A stretch of 64,000 nt of DNA from an uncultured Nitrososphaerota archaeon. GTDB taxonomy: Archaea > Thermoproteota > Nitrososphaeria > Nitrososphaerales > Gagatemarchaeaceae. Made by a program: the position numbers and the translations under genes. Positions 1 to 9,621 of this stretch are shown in pieces (the stretch's first letter is position 1; each line of letters starts with the position of its first letter). The stretch is from assembly GCA_963703285.1 (NCBI GenBank), contig OY969807.1, positions 544,001 to 608,000 on the forward strand, written 5' to 3'. The notes below the pieces were generated by a model. That model was not told the DNA's origin. It saw only the letters and a list, made by a program, of their open reading frames with translations, and made no database searches.

Positions 1-326
1 TGCACCGGATAGTGGTTGGTCTGGTTCGTCCAGGTCCCGATGCCGGAAGACGAGATAGGAGCGGAGTAGACCGCGCCGTTCGGGGCCGGGTTGGGCGGAT
101 AGTTGGCGCCTCCGACGCAGTAGATGTAGCCGCCGGAGATGGCGCAGGAGTTGCCGAGAGTCCCGTTGGACGAACCAGAGTATAGCGTAACCGTGGGGAA
201 CGAGGTCGTCTGGGTCCACGCGCCGAGGGTCTCGGCTGCGACGGGAGATGCGAGCGGGACGAGCACGAGACCGAACGAGACGAGGACCAGAACGACGGCA
301 GTTAGGGTTAGCGACTGCCTCTTCAA
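1..326 (-). CDS. Secreted Kelch/beta-propeller-like protein, N-terminal part (runs off window start)
   Basis: Manual translation from TTG at 326: MKRQSLTLTAVVLVLVSFGLVLVPLASPVAA (signal peptide), then NSCAISGGYIYCVGG...VYSAPISSSGIGTW (Kelch-like blade). Not in the ORF track. Confidence 0.75.
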   Translation of the reverse strand, partial: MKRQSLTLTAVVLVLVSFGLVLVPLASPVAAETLGAWTQTTSFPTVTLYSGSSNGTLGNSCAISGGYIYCVGGANYPPNPAPNGAVYSAPISSSGIGTWTNQTNHYPV

Positions 327-592
327 ACAACGCAGGCTATAACCCGCTACACATAAACCTTCGCAGCTTTCCTCGGCGGGCGGGAGCCCGAGAACCTAGG
401 CTATGGGCACCACGGCACGAGCAGAGAACCGCACGTCCTCCCGAGGGCCCTAGTCCCAGCCCCCTGTTACTAGCCGCCGTTCTCCTCACGCTACGAACCT
501 AAGGCCTTTTTCTTCGCCATGGGGAACAAAGGCCTAGGGAAGTGACAGCAGCGCTTATGTAGCACCAATTGCATGTAGTACTTCGAGAGGTT

Positions 593-823
593 ATGGTCGA
601 AGACGTAGTAGTAACGCGGAAGGGCCAGACAACGGTTCCGATTAGATTGAGGAAAAAATATGGCATCTCTGAGGGAACAAGACTCGAAGTCGAGGACACG
701 GGTACGGGCATCCTGTTCCGAAAAGCGGCGAGCGTCCTGGACCTGGCGGGCACGGGCGCCAAGTCTGCCTCGGTAGACGAGATGAAGAAGCTGCTGGACG
801 ATATGAGAGCCGAAGAGGATTGA
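593..823 (+). CDS. AbrB/MazE/SpoVT-family antitoxin
   Basis: VVVTRKGQTTVPIRLRKKYGISEG motif; ATG at 593; overlaps the downstream PIN gene. Confidence 0.9.
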   Translation: MVEDVVVTRKGQTTVPIRLRKKYGISEGTRLEVEDTGTGILFRKAASVLDLAGTGAKSASVDEMKKLLDDMRAEED

Positions 824-1209
824 AAGGAAACTCCTTCGACACGAGGTTCCTTGTCGAACTGTTCTACTCTAAGGATGAAGATACCCAGCGCAAGATCAGA
901 GCCATCCTTCTGGACTCGAAACCGAATATCCTCTCGACCGCTGCTCTTTCTGAGGTCTACAAGCTCACCCTAGAAAAGGAGGGCAATGATGTGGCCGTGA
1001 TCCGAGCGAACTACCTGAGCAAGGACTTCCGATTGGCGGACGTGGACAAAGAAGTCGCCATACAGGCTGCAATCATCAAGCACACGCATGGAATACCGTT
1101 TACCGATAGCTTGATCGCATCTACAGCCAAGGTGCTCGGCGTTCCCTGCTACACCGACGACCCCCACTTTCACAACATTGCGGGCTTGACCGTGAAGTGG
1201 CTTCACTGA
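820..1209 (+). CDS. vapC: PIN-domain VapC toxin
   Basis: FDT...LSE...FTDSLIASTA...YTDDPHF PIN acidic motifs. Confidence 0.9.
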   Translation: MKGNSFDTRFLVELFYSKDEDTQRKIRAILLDSKPNILSTAALSEVYKLTLEKEGNDVAVIRANYLSKDFRLADVDKEVAIQAAIIKHTHGIPFTDSLIASTAKVLGVPCYTDDPHFHNIAGLTVKWLH

Positions 1210-1341
1210 AGACTAGAAGCTTCGGCGGGCTCCGGCCATTCGGGAGCTTTTAGCTTCGTTTTGCAGCGATCCCCGTCGGGTCAAGAATCCGTCTACCAAA
1301 GGGATATTAGCGAATTTCGTGACGCGCGGTCCTGACGGCGG

Positions 1342-1770
1342 ATGGCCCGCAAGAGCATCAAGCTGTACTGGGACGACAAGTCCATAGCTAACGGAGACGT
1401 CCTGGCGGTGCTCTTCGGAGAGAGGGAGGAGACCATCGAGGCCGCTAAGACGCTCATCCGGAGGATGAGATCGAGCCCGAACCTCTGCATGACCAAGCGT
1501 GAGGTGCGGTTCTTCGCCAAGGACCTCGAGGAGGGGAAGCTGGGCGTAAAGTACAGCTACCACAACTTCTACGTCAAACTCCTGCGGAAGCTGCTCGACC
1601 TGGGGTTCGTCGAGAAGGACGTCCTGATTTGGGACGACAAGAGGAAGAAGACGCAGTCGGTCTACCAGCTCAAGCTGCAGGTGATCCCCGAGAGGGGGCC
1701 CCAGAGCGGCTTTGTGAAGCACTCCTGGCAGCTCGCCAAGGGCTGGAACGACATGATAAAGGCTGCATGA
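1342..1770 (+). CDS. Conserved archaeal hypothetical protein (possible winged helix)
   Basis: Host-like codon usage; YHNFYVKLLRKLLDLGFVEK; degenerate paralogue at 9292-9502. Confidence 0.75.
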   Translation: MARKSIKLYWDDKSIANGDVLAVLFGEREETIEAAKTLIRRMRSSPNLCMTKREVRFFAKDLEEGKLGVKYSYHNFYVKLLRKLLDLGFVEKDVLIWDDKRKKTQSVYQLKLQVIPERGPQSGFVKHSWQLAKGWNDMIKAA

Positions 1771-2091
1771 CCGCCTCCGGATAGGCGAGGACTCATTCTT
1801 GACACCCGCTTGCACGCGGCCCCCTTCGACCTTGTTGCGGTCCGTAATGTGTCGTCTCGCAGCAGAGCCCCTCCGCACCTAGACGAGAGCGGCGTCACCA
1901 GATATGAAGGAGCAGCGTATCTGTCTTACAAGTAAGATGCAGATGCTATCGCCAGACCTTGGTAGCCTAGGCTGAGGAAACAGCTGATGCAGGTTACCCA
2001 ACGCCCGGCATCGCTCGCGGCCTGATCGATTCGTGCCGCTTTGGAAAGGTGCATGGCCGAGCTTGGGCGTGCGACGGTAAGAAGGGGGGCC

Positions 2092-2487
2092 TCATCTTCC
2101 GTGGCTGATGGAGCAGCTAATGGGGAGAAAGACTACCTTGCCGTCATACACGCCGAACGCCGCGACTCCGGTAGCCATGGCCGCGCACAGAAGGAGGTGA
2201 GAGTGCAGGGGCGTCCCGACGGAGACGTTGACCAGGAGCGCGTCCCGCCCCGCTCTGGCCTTCAGGGCGTCGAGCGCCGAGAAGATTGCGTCCGGAGAAT
2301 CTGAGGAGGCCTCTACAACCTCGAACGAGATTCTCCTCTCCGTCAGGAAAGACCGGACCTTCTCCAGGACCAGGAGATCCAAGCCCGGGGAGACGATCGC
2401 AACCACTCCCGTCGTAGGAATCTCCGGCAGGGACTGCTCCAGTGCCCGGACATTGTCACCGTAGGGAACCGCTTGCTGGAAGCTCAA
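2092..2487 (-). CDS. Stand-alone CARF/DUF6293-like Rossmannoid domain protein
   Basis: N-terminal AVPYGDN strand and LLVNVSVGT..SHLLLCAAM motif resembling the CARF N-x-S/T-G-G loop; no C-terminal HTH. Confidence 0.5.
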   Translation of the reverse strand: MSFQQAVPYGDNVRALEQSLPEIPTTGVVAIVSPGLDLLVLEKVRSFLTERRISFEVVEASSDSPDAIFSALDALKARAGRDALLVNVSVGTPLHSHLLLCAAMATGVAAFGVYDGKVVFLPISCSISHGR

Positions 2488-2693
2488 GATGAGCGCGCCC
2501 CCGCCGGAGCTTCCACGTTTGGCTTCGCGTACCTCAAAGCGTGCTGAGCTCCCGAGTCCATGGGTTCGACCGCCTCGTCGAAGGACAACGGGCGAAGAGA
2601 CCGCCGATTCAATATATAGCTACTAGCGGGTGCTGGCATCTCAGCCGTGTCGGTGCTCTCGCTTTATTAGGGCACAGACCTGTCGACCGGAGT

Positions 2694-3500
2694 ATGGCTC
2701 CAATCCAGTGGGCGGAAGGAGTGACCTGCCCCGTGGTCCTCTCGTTCGATGTTGACGCGGAACTCCTGTGGAACGTCTGGCTGTCGAAGGAACCCTCGCC
2801 GATCGACGTGTCGCAGGGGGTCTACGACATCAAGGTAGGGGTGCCGAGGGTCCTCGCCATGCTCAAGAGGCAGGGAATCAGGGCCACTTTCTTCATCCCC
2901 GGCGTGATAGCCGAGAGATACCCTGAGACCGCGAGGGCAATCGCAGCCGAAGGCCACGAAATCGCCCACCACGGTTACCTCCACGAAGACTGCTCCAAGC
3001 TCTCAAGAGAGCAGGAGAGGGAGATGCTGACTCGCGGGAGCGATGCCCTCAGGACCGTCACTGGGTCCGCCCCGAAGGGCGCGAGGCTCTCGCTCGGCAA
3101 GACGACGTTGTCGAACCTGGCCGACCTGGGATTCGTGTACGAGAGCACCCTGATGGACGACGACCAGCCATACAGGATTGTGCTGGACGGCAAGCGAACA
3201 GGGATGGTCGAGCTTCCGGTCTGCTTTGCCTTCAACGACACCTCCTACTTTGCCTACACCTTCGGGCTTGCGAAGCCCTTCCTGACACCCCGGGAGGTCG
3301 AGGCGGTGTACAGGGACGAGTTCGACGCCATGCTGCGGGAGCGCAAGTACTGCATGTTCATGCTTCATCCGCAGGTGATTGGGCGCGCGTCGAGGCTAGA
3401 CATGCTCGAGAGGACGGTCGAGTACATGAAGGCGAAGCCGGGGGTGCGGTTCCTCACCGCGCTCGAGGTCGCCGAACACTGCCAGAGGGTCCTTCCCTAG
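2694..3500 (+). CDS. Polysaccharide deacetylase (CE4, PuuE/HpPgdA-like)
   Basis: LSFDVDAE, ATFFIPG, GHEIAHHGYLHE, DDDQPY and LHPQVIGR motifs; probable ATG at 2694. Confidence 0.88.
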   Translation: MAPIQWAEGVTCPVVLSFDVDAELLWNVWLSKEPSPIDVSQGVYDIKVGVPRVLAMLKRQGIRATFFIPGVIAERYPETARAIAAEGHEIAHHGYLHEDCSKLSREQEREMLTRGSDALRTVTGSAPKGARLSLGKTTLSNLADLGFVYESTLMDDDQPYRIVLDGKRTGMVELPVCFAFNDTSYFAYTFGLAKPFLTPREVEAVYRDEFDAMLRERKYCMFMLHPQVIGRASRLDMLERTVEYMKAKPGVRFLTALEVAEHCQRVLP

Positions 3501-5098
3501 GCCCCGAGCTGGATCTTGAGGCGCCCTACAGCCTTCGCTCGCACCCTTATTGCCACTCCGGGCAGGTAGGACAGGGGAATCTCGTCCACTTCCACGATCT
3601 CGACCGAGTCGGGGTCCGCGCCGGCCTTGACCGCGTCCTGCTTGGCGAGGTCCTTGGCCGTCTGCAGGACCTCCTCGCGTGTGGCCTTCTCGAGCTCGAA
3701 GATCTTGTCGACCTCGCCGCTCGCCTGTGCTATGGCCGCCCCTATGGCGTTCGCGTACTGGAAGTGCGCCGGCCTCTCCACCCTCGACGCGCCGTGGAAC
3801 CTGGGATAGTACTCAGGGGGAATGATGATCCCGCCTCCTCCCACCAGCACCACGGGCACTGGCTGGGGCGACGTCTTGACCTTGTCGACGGACTCCTCGA
3901 CTAGCTCGACGATCCGGTCCTGCGCCCTCTGAAGCTGCTCCGGGGCGAACTTCCTCCTCACCCTCTCGGGGTCGCAGGCCGGGTCGTCGACGGTCGCGCG
4001 CCCGAGGCCGAGGCTGACGTCGGTCGTCGTGAGGGTGCTCCCGCCCCAGGCGATGCTCTCGCTCGTTATCCTGAACCCGACGCTCTCGGGCCCTATCAGG
4101 ACGCGCCCGCTCCCCTCCTTCACCGCGGTCCCGCCGCCGCAGCTCACCGCGAGCAGGTCCGGCATCCGGAAGTTCGTCCTGGCCCCGCCTATCTCGACCG
4201 CGACGCTCGATTCGCGGGGGAAGCCGCGCACCACGGCCCCGACCAGGGTGGTCGTTCCCCCGATGTCGATTATGATTCCGTCGGTCAGACCCGTCAGGAA
4301 CGCCGCGCCCCTCATGCTGTTGGTCGGGCCGGAGGCAATGGTCTTGACGGGGTACCTCATCGCGTAGTCGACGTTCATGAGCGTCCCGTCGTTCTGGGTC
4401 AGGAAGATGCGAGCCGAGGGGAGGCCCGCGTTCTTGACCGACTCTACGAACCCTGAGATGGCCCTGCCGGCCACCTTGACAAGCGCCGCGTTGAGCGCCG
4501 CCGCGTTCTCCCTCTCCAGGAGCCCAATGCTCGCTATCTCGTGCGAGAGCGTGACCTGGATTGTATCTCCCATCTCCTTCGAGACTATCTCGCCGGCCCT
4601 CTTCTCGTGGACGGAGCTCACCGGAGAGAAGACCGAGGAGATCGCGACCGCCTCCACTCCCTCCGACCTGAATCGTTCGGCCGCGGCCTTCGCGCCCGCC
4701 TCGTCGAGCGCCCATATCTCCCTCCCGTCGAACTCGTGCCCTCCGTGGATTATCTCCCAGGTGTCGCCTATCGCAGTCCTGAGGTCAGGGGGCAGCGAGT
4801 AGAGAGGTCTGATCCCCAGCGTCGCGGGCTTCCCTATCCTGAGCAGGCCCACGTGGGCCAGGTTCCTCCGCTCGACTATCGCGTTGGTGCAGTGGGTGGT
4901 TCCGAACATGACCGCGGCCACGTGGCCGCTGTCGACGCGGGAGGTCTCGAGGACCTTCTCCAGCGCCCTGTCGATGCCCGTCGAGACGTCGGGCGTGGTG
5001 TCGACCTTCTCGGCCCCCAACAGCGTGTTCTGCTCGTCCAGTATGACGGCGTCGGTGTGCGTGCCGCCCACGTCTATGCCGACCCTGAGGGTGGTCAT
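3497..5098 (-). CDS. Hydantoinase/oxoprolinase family protein (HyuA-like)
   Basis: GIDVGGTHTDAV, FGTTHCTNA, SGPTNSMRGA, DIGGTTT and ANAIGAA motifs. Confidence 0.92.
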   Translation of the reverse strand: MTTLRVGIDVGGTHTDAVILDEQNTLLGAEKVDTTPDVSTGIDRALEKVLETSRVDSGHVAAVMFGTTHCTNAIVERRNLAHVGLLRIGKPATLGIRPLYSLPPDLRTAIGDTWEIIHGGHEFDGREIWALDEAGAKAAAERFRSEGVEAVAISSVFSPVSSVHEKRAGEIVSKEMGDTIQVTLSHEIASIGLLERENAAALNAALVKVAGRAISGFVESVKNAGLPSARIFLTQNDGTLMNVDYAMRYPVKTIASGPTNSMRGAAFLTGLTDGIIIDIGGTTTLVGAVVRGFPRESSVAVEIGGARTNFRMPDLLAVSCGGGTAVKEGSGRVLIGPESVGFRITSESIAWGGSTLTTTDVSLGLGRATVDDPACDPERVRRKFAPEQLQRAQDRIVELVEESVDKVKTSPQPVPVVLVGGGGIIIPPEYYPRFHGASRVERPAHFQYANAIGAAIAQASGEVDKIFELEKATREEVLQTAKDLAKQDAVKAGADPDSVEIVEVDEIPLSYLPGVAIRVRAKAVGRLKIQLGA

Positions 5099-6177
5099 CT
5101 GTTCCCCACCAAGACCTCCACGGGCGTGTAGTCCAGTTCGTAGCCGAAGTACCTAGGCCCCACCAGCTTGACGCCCTCCGGCGTCCTCCACTTGGGGTCG
5201 CACGGGGATCCAAGGACGAGCGCCCTGTTCCCGTACCTCAGGCCCTCGGTCGTTATGGGCAGCCCGGACTCCAGATCGAGGACCGAGATCAGGTCCGGAA
5301 CCATCGCCACCGGCCTCCCGTCGAGGGTCGCCATTAGGTTCTCGTTCTGAAAGCGCACCTTCAGCGTCCTCCCCGAGAACTCGTCGAGGCCCTGGAAGGT
5401 CGCCTCGCCCTTGGCGAACCCGGCGGTGGTCCTCCTGAGTATGTCCGTCACCTTTCCCTTGAAGAGGACTCTGCTCCTCATGTGCTCTATCACGCCCTCG
5501 GCGGGGTTCGACCCGTGGGTCCTCGCCTCGGCGATTATCCTCCCGACGTCCAACGCAAGTGAGACCGAACCCCTGATGCACGATTGCTTCAGTCGCCGTC
5601 CGTCCATGGGGTAGATCGCTATCAGGGACGAGCCCCCCATCTGAACCGTCACGGCCCTGGCGATGCGCTCCGTCCAGAGGTTGTCTATGGCGTCGATCTG
5701 CAGGGAGTTGCCCTTCTCGTCGGCCATCACCATCGGGGTCGCGGTGATCCCGTAGAGGGTGAAGGTCACCATCTGCAACTCCGGGAACGCCCGCCCCATC
5801 CCGTCGCAATCGATGAGCGGCAGCTTCAGGCTCGCGGCCACGGCGATGGGTATCTGGGAGTTGATGCCGCCTTCCTCGATCGGAGTGATGGCGAAGGCCT
5901 TCTTCCCGAGCCTCGCCTCGAGCGACTTCAGGGCCTGAAAACCCTCGTTTCCGTTCGGAATCTTCTCGACCATCACCGTCGGCGCACCCATCATGGCGGC
6001 CGGGATGACCAACTCGTCGTCGGGTACGTCTTCGGGCTGTATGAGCTCCACCTCGCCGTGCCTGTCCACGGCGTCCAGGGCCAGGAGCTTGCCCACGAAG
6101 GGGTCGCCCCCTCCACCCGTGCCGAGGAAGGCTGCGCCGAGGGCAATATGCTCGATTTCTTCGGGACCGATTCGCAC
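5095..6177 (-). CDS. DUF917 family protein (thiohydantoin desulfurase/desulfhydrase-like)
   Basis: GAAFLGTGGGGDP, MGAPTV, EGGINS, DCDGMGRAFPELQM, FQNENL, VPDLI and TTEGLRYG motifs. Confidence 0.9.
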   Translation of the reverse strand: MRIGPEEIEHIALGAAFLGTGGGGDPFVGKLLALDAVDRHGEVELIQPEDVPDDELVIPAAMMGAPTVMVEKIPNGNEGFQALKSLEARLGKKAFAITPIEEGGINSQIPIAVAASLKLPLIDCDGMGRAFPELQMVTFTLYGITATPMVMADEKGNSLQIDAIDNLWTERIARAVTVQMGGSSLIAIYPMDGRRLKQSCIRGSVSLALDVGRIIAEARTHGSNPAEGVIEHMRSRVLFKGKVTDILRRTTAGFAKGEATFQGLDEFSGRTLKVRFQNENLMATLDGRPVAMVPDLISVLDLESGLPITTEGLRYGNRALVLGSPCDPKWRTPEGVKLVGPRYFGYELDYTPVEVLVGNR

Positions 6178-6298
6178 CGCAGTTTTGTTTTGCCTTTTTG
6201 CCTATATATCCTGCGCGGCCGGCGAGCGCCCAGCAGTCCGGGGGCCGGCTCGCTTCTACAATCGCTTAAATATCGCGCGGCATCATCAGACACAAAAA

Positions 6299-7316
6299 TT
6301 GCGGTTTTGGGAGTTCGTCGTCCGTCGCATAATGCTGGCGCTGGTGACCGTACTTGGACTCTCCCTCATAATCTTCTACATGTCGCGGGTCCTTCCGTCC
6401 AACCCCGGTCGGCTCGCCCTCGGCCCCTCCGCCACCCAGGCGCAGGTGGCCTTCTACGACCGCCAGCTCGGGCTGGACCGGCCGCTCTACGAGCAGTACT
6501 TCTACTGGCTCTGGAACTTCATCCATGGACAGTGGGGACAGTCGCTGATCACGCACGACAACGTGCTCCACGACGTCGTGCTGCACTTTCCCGCGACCTT
6601 CGAGCTCATCACCATCTCGATAATACTCACCGCGCTGATCGGCATCCCGCTTGGGGTGGTGGCTGCCGCCAGGAGGGGCAAGCTCATCTCCGGGACCGTC
6701 CGGCTGCTCTGGATAATCGGCATAGCCATCCCGCCCTTCACGGTCGGCCTCGGCCTGCAGGTGATCTTCGGCTACGGCCTGAAGTACAAGGACATCATAG
6801 GACAGCTCTCCGGCCCGGCCCCAATCCACGTCACGGGAATGTATCTCGTGGACTCCATCCTCACGCTCAACTTGCCCGCCCTAGCCGACGCCTCTCAGCA
6901 CCTCTTCCTGCCGGAGATAGCTCTCTCGCTCGCCGGCATCGGCCAGATCGCGCAGCTGACCTACTCCGGGATGCTCGACCAGACCCAAGAGGACTATTAC
7001 CTCTCGCTAAAGGCGTACGGAGCGCCGTCCCTCGCCTCCGACTTCAAGTACGCGCTCGAGGAGCGCGCTCATACCCGTCCTCACGGTGCTCGGCCTTCTC
7101 TACGCGTCGCTGATCGCCAACGCCTTCCTGGTCGAGGAGGTCTTCAGCTGGGGAGGCCTTTCGACCTATGCGGTCACGGCGATGCAGAGTGATGACTTCA
7201 ACGCGATAGTCGCGACGGTCCTCGTGATCGGCGTCTTCTACGTGGTACTCAACCTGGTCATAGACCTGGGGCTGGGGTTCGTTGACCCGAGGATCAGGCT
7301 GGGGGAGAGCCAATGA
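6299..7316 (+). CDS. dppB: Dpp/Opp ABC permease B with a +1 frameshift at ~7058
   Basis: LGLDRPLYEQY...FPATFEL...; removing one G at 7058 restores KYALRSALIPVLTVLGL...VEEVFSWGGL...VDPRIR. Confidence 0.85.
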
Positions 7317-8185
7317 CCGAGGTCAAGCCGTCGGTCCGGACGAGGGAGCTAGTCAGGCAGCTGCGCAGGCTGACCTACGACCGCCTCGCCCTTGCGGGGA
7401 TGATAATGCTGGGGGCGATAGTCCTGCTCGCCATCTTCGCGCCGTACATCGCCCCCTACCCGAAGGAGGCGGGGGCCTACGCCAACTTCGGGGACGCGCT
7501 TCGCGCGCCGTCGTGGGCCCACCCCTTCGGCACCGACGACGTGGGGAGGGACATCCTCACGCGGGTCCTCTTCGGCTTCAGGATCTCGCTCCTGATCGGG
7601 GTGGTCGTCCTGATACCCAGCGCCCTGCTTGGAACGGTCCTCGGGCTCTTCGCCGGATACTACGGCGGGTGGGTGGAGGCACTCATCGAGAGGGTGACCG
7701 ACGTCTTCCTCGCCCTTCCAGCGCTGATATTCGCGCTGGTGATCACTGGCATACTGGGTCCCAGCCTAGAGGACGTCATCATCGCCCTCCTCGCCATCTG
7801 GTGGAACTGGTACGCGAGGATCATGTTCACGCTCACCAAGTCGCTGAAGAACCAGCCCTACGTCGAGTCCGCGAGGGTCCAGGGGGCCGGGTCGCTGCGT
7901 ATCATGTTCAGGGAGATACTCCCCAACGCCACCTCGACGCTCTCCGCCAAGATGATGCTCGACCTTGGATTCATCATCCTCATCGAGGCGGGGATGGGGT
8001 ACCTCGGCATAGGAGTGCAGCCACCCCTGCCAGACCTCGGACAGATGGTGGCCGCGGGCGCGAGCTACATGGCCACCAAGTGGTGGGTGCCCCTCTTCCC
8101 CAGTCTCGCGCTCACCCTGCTCATACTTGCGTTCAACCTGATAGCCAACGGCATAAGGGACCTCTTCGACGTCAAGGTGGTATGA
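7313..8185 (+). CDS. dppC: Dpp/Opp ABC permease C
   Basis: PSWAHPFGTDDVGRDILTR, YVESARVQGA, EILPN and LGIGVQPPLPDLG motifs. Confidence 0.92.
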   Translation: MTEVKPSVRTRELVRQLRRLTYDRLALAGMIMLGAIVLLAIFAPYIAPYPKEAGAYANFGDALRAPSWAHPFGTDDVGRDILTRVLFGFRISLLIGVVVLIPSALLGTVLGLFAGYYGGWVEALIERVTDVFLALPALIFALVITGILGPSLEDVIIALLAIWWNWYARIMFTLTKSLKNQPYVESARVQGAGSLRIMFREILPNATSTLSAKMMLDLGFIILIEAGMGYLGIGVQPPLPDLGQMVAAGASYMATKWWVPLFPSLALTLLILAFNLIANGIRDLFDVKVV

Positions 8186-8962
8186 ATGACGTCGCTCCTC
8201 GAGGTCCGCGACCTGAGCATCTTCATCCGGTCTGAGGGGAGGCGCCTGCCTATACTCCGCGACGTCTCGCTCAGCGTCGACGCGTCGGAGACGGTCGCCG
8301 TCGTCGGGGAGACGGGCAGCGGCAAGACTATCACCGCCAGGGCGGTCATGGGCATCCTCCCGAAGAACGCCGAGGTCGAGTCGGGGAGCATAACCTTCGA
8401 GGGGACCGACATGCTCTCGGGGAAGGGCGCGACCGAGGCCCGGGAGCGGCTGTCGATGATATTCCAGAACCCAATGTCCTCGATCAACCCCCTCTTCAGA
8501 GTGGGCGAGCAGATGAACGACGTCCTCACCTGGTCGTTCGGGGAGAAGGGCCGAGGCGACGCCTGGAGGCGCGGCAGGGTCAGGTCAGCCCTCGAGGACG
8601 CCCAGTGCTACGACGGCGGGAAGATACTCGACATGTACCCGTTCCAGCTCAGCGGCGGGATGCGCCAGAGGGTGATGATAGCCATGGCGCTGCTCCGCCA
8701 GCCCGTGCTCCTCATCGCCGACGAGCCGACGACCGCGCTGGACGTAACCACGCAGAGGGAGATACTTGAATTGCTCAAGCACCTCACCGACGCCGAGAAG
8801 ATGAGCCTCATCCTCATCACGCACAACCTCGGCATCGCCCGCGAGTCGTCCAGGAGGACCTACGTGATGTACGCCGAGAGGGCGTCGAGCTCGCCCTCGC
8901 GACGCGGCCTCGACCCCGGCGGGCGGTTGCCAGCGCGCCTAGCTCCCAGGGACACGATGTAG
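8186..8962 (+). pseudogene. dppD: Dpp/Opp ABC ATPase, truncated after VMYA (~8875)
   Basis: GETGSGKT, LSGGMRQRV, ADEPTTALD and ITHNLG motifs; homology ends at RTYVMYA; oligo_HPY tail absent. Confidence 0.8.
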
Positions 8963-9210
8963 TTCGACCGCCTCATCTCTGAGAGCTCCTCGACGGTCAG
9001 CGGAATCTTGGCGACCTGGCGGTTCACTTCGTCCCAGTCGATGTCTGAGCGCTGAGCGCCGACCTTGACGGCGTCGGGGATCTCGGTCGCGACCGTGACC
9101 AGTGGTCCGAGGTAGCAGACCACCCTCTGTCTCACGCGACCTCCGTCTCTTCGCCCGTCCACCAGGTAGGCGTACCGCTTCCCTCCCGTGGTCTTCGTCC
9201 TGACGTACAC
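8860..9210 (-). CDS. Small protein with IS1634-transposase-like N-terminal domain, truncated
   Basis: VYVRTKTTGGKRYAYLVDGRRDGGRVRQRVVCYLG; 3' end runs into dppD. Confidence 0.5.
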   Translation of the reverse strand: MYVRTKTTGGKRYAYLVDGRRDGGRVRQRVVCYLGPLVTVATEIPDAVKVGAQRSDIDWDEVNRQVAKIPLTVEELSEMRRSNYIVSLGARRAGNRPPGSRPRREGELDALSAYIT

Positions 9211-9291
9211 GGGTTTGGAGCGGCGCCAGATGGATAATAATGTTGTGCCCAAAACGTCAGCAGGTCTGGCCGGGAGCCACAGAAAACCTTC

Positions 9292-9502
9292 GCCCGCGGC
9301 GACCGAGCATCGAGCTTCAATGGAACGAGAAGGCCATCAACAGCGGCGAAGTGCTCACGGTGATCTTCGGCGAGAGGAAGGAGGCCCGGTCCGTCCACGA
9401 GCTGAAGCCGCATGTGATCACCGAGAGGGGACCGCAGGTGGGTCCGTCAGGAATGCCTGGCAACTCGCCTAGGGCTGGGACCATATGGTCAAGGCTGCAT
9501 AA
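9292..9502 (+). pseudogene. Decayed paralogue of 1342-1770
   Basis: SIELQWNEKAINSGEVLTVIFGER and ELKPHVITERGPQ..NAWQLA*GWDHMVKAA match both ends of 1342-1770; has an internal deletion, a frameshift and a TAG. Confidence 0.85.
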
Positions 9503-9621
9503 CGGTCCCGATGCTCGTAACCGGGTAAGGTTGACGCCGGCTTGAACACCGCGGGCTTAGATAAGGGGTCAAAACGGCCGGACACGCTTAAATAAGCGCG
9601 GAGCCGCCGCGGTTTTGGTTT

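Noticed and set aside
5584-7113. 509-aa ORF and the N-terminal extension of 5993..7192
   Set aside because: Overlap DUF917 antisense and dppB off-frame; the real dppB start is TTG at 6299.
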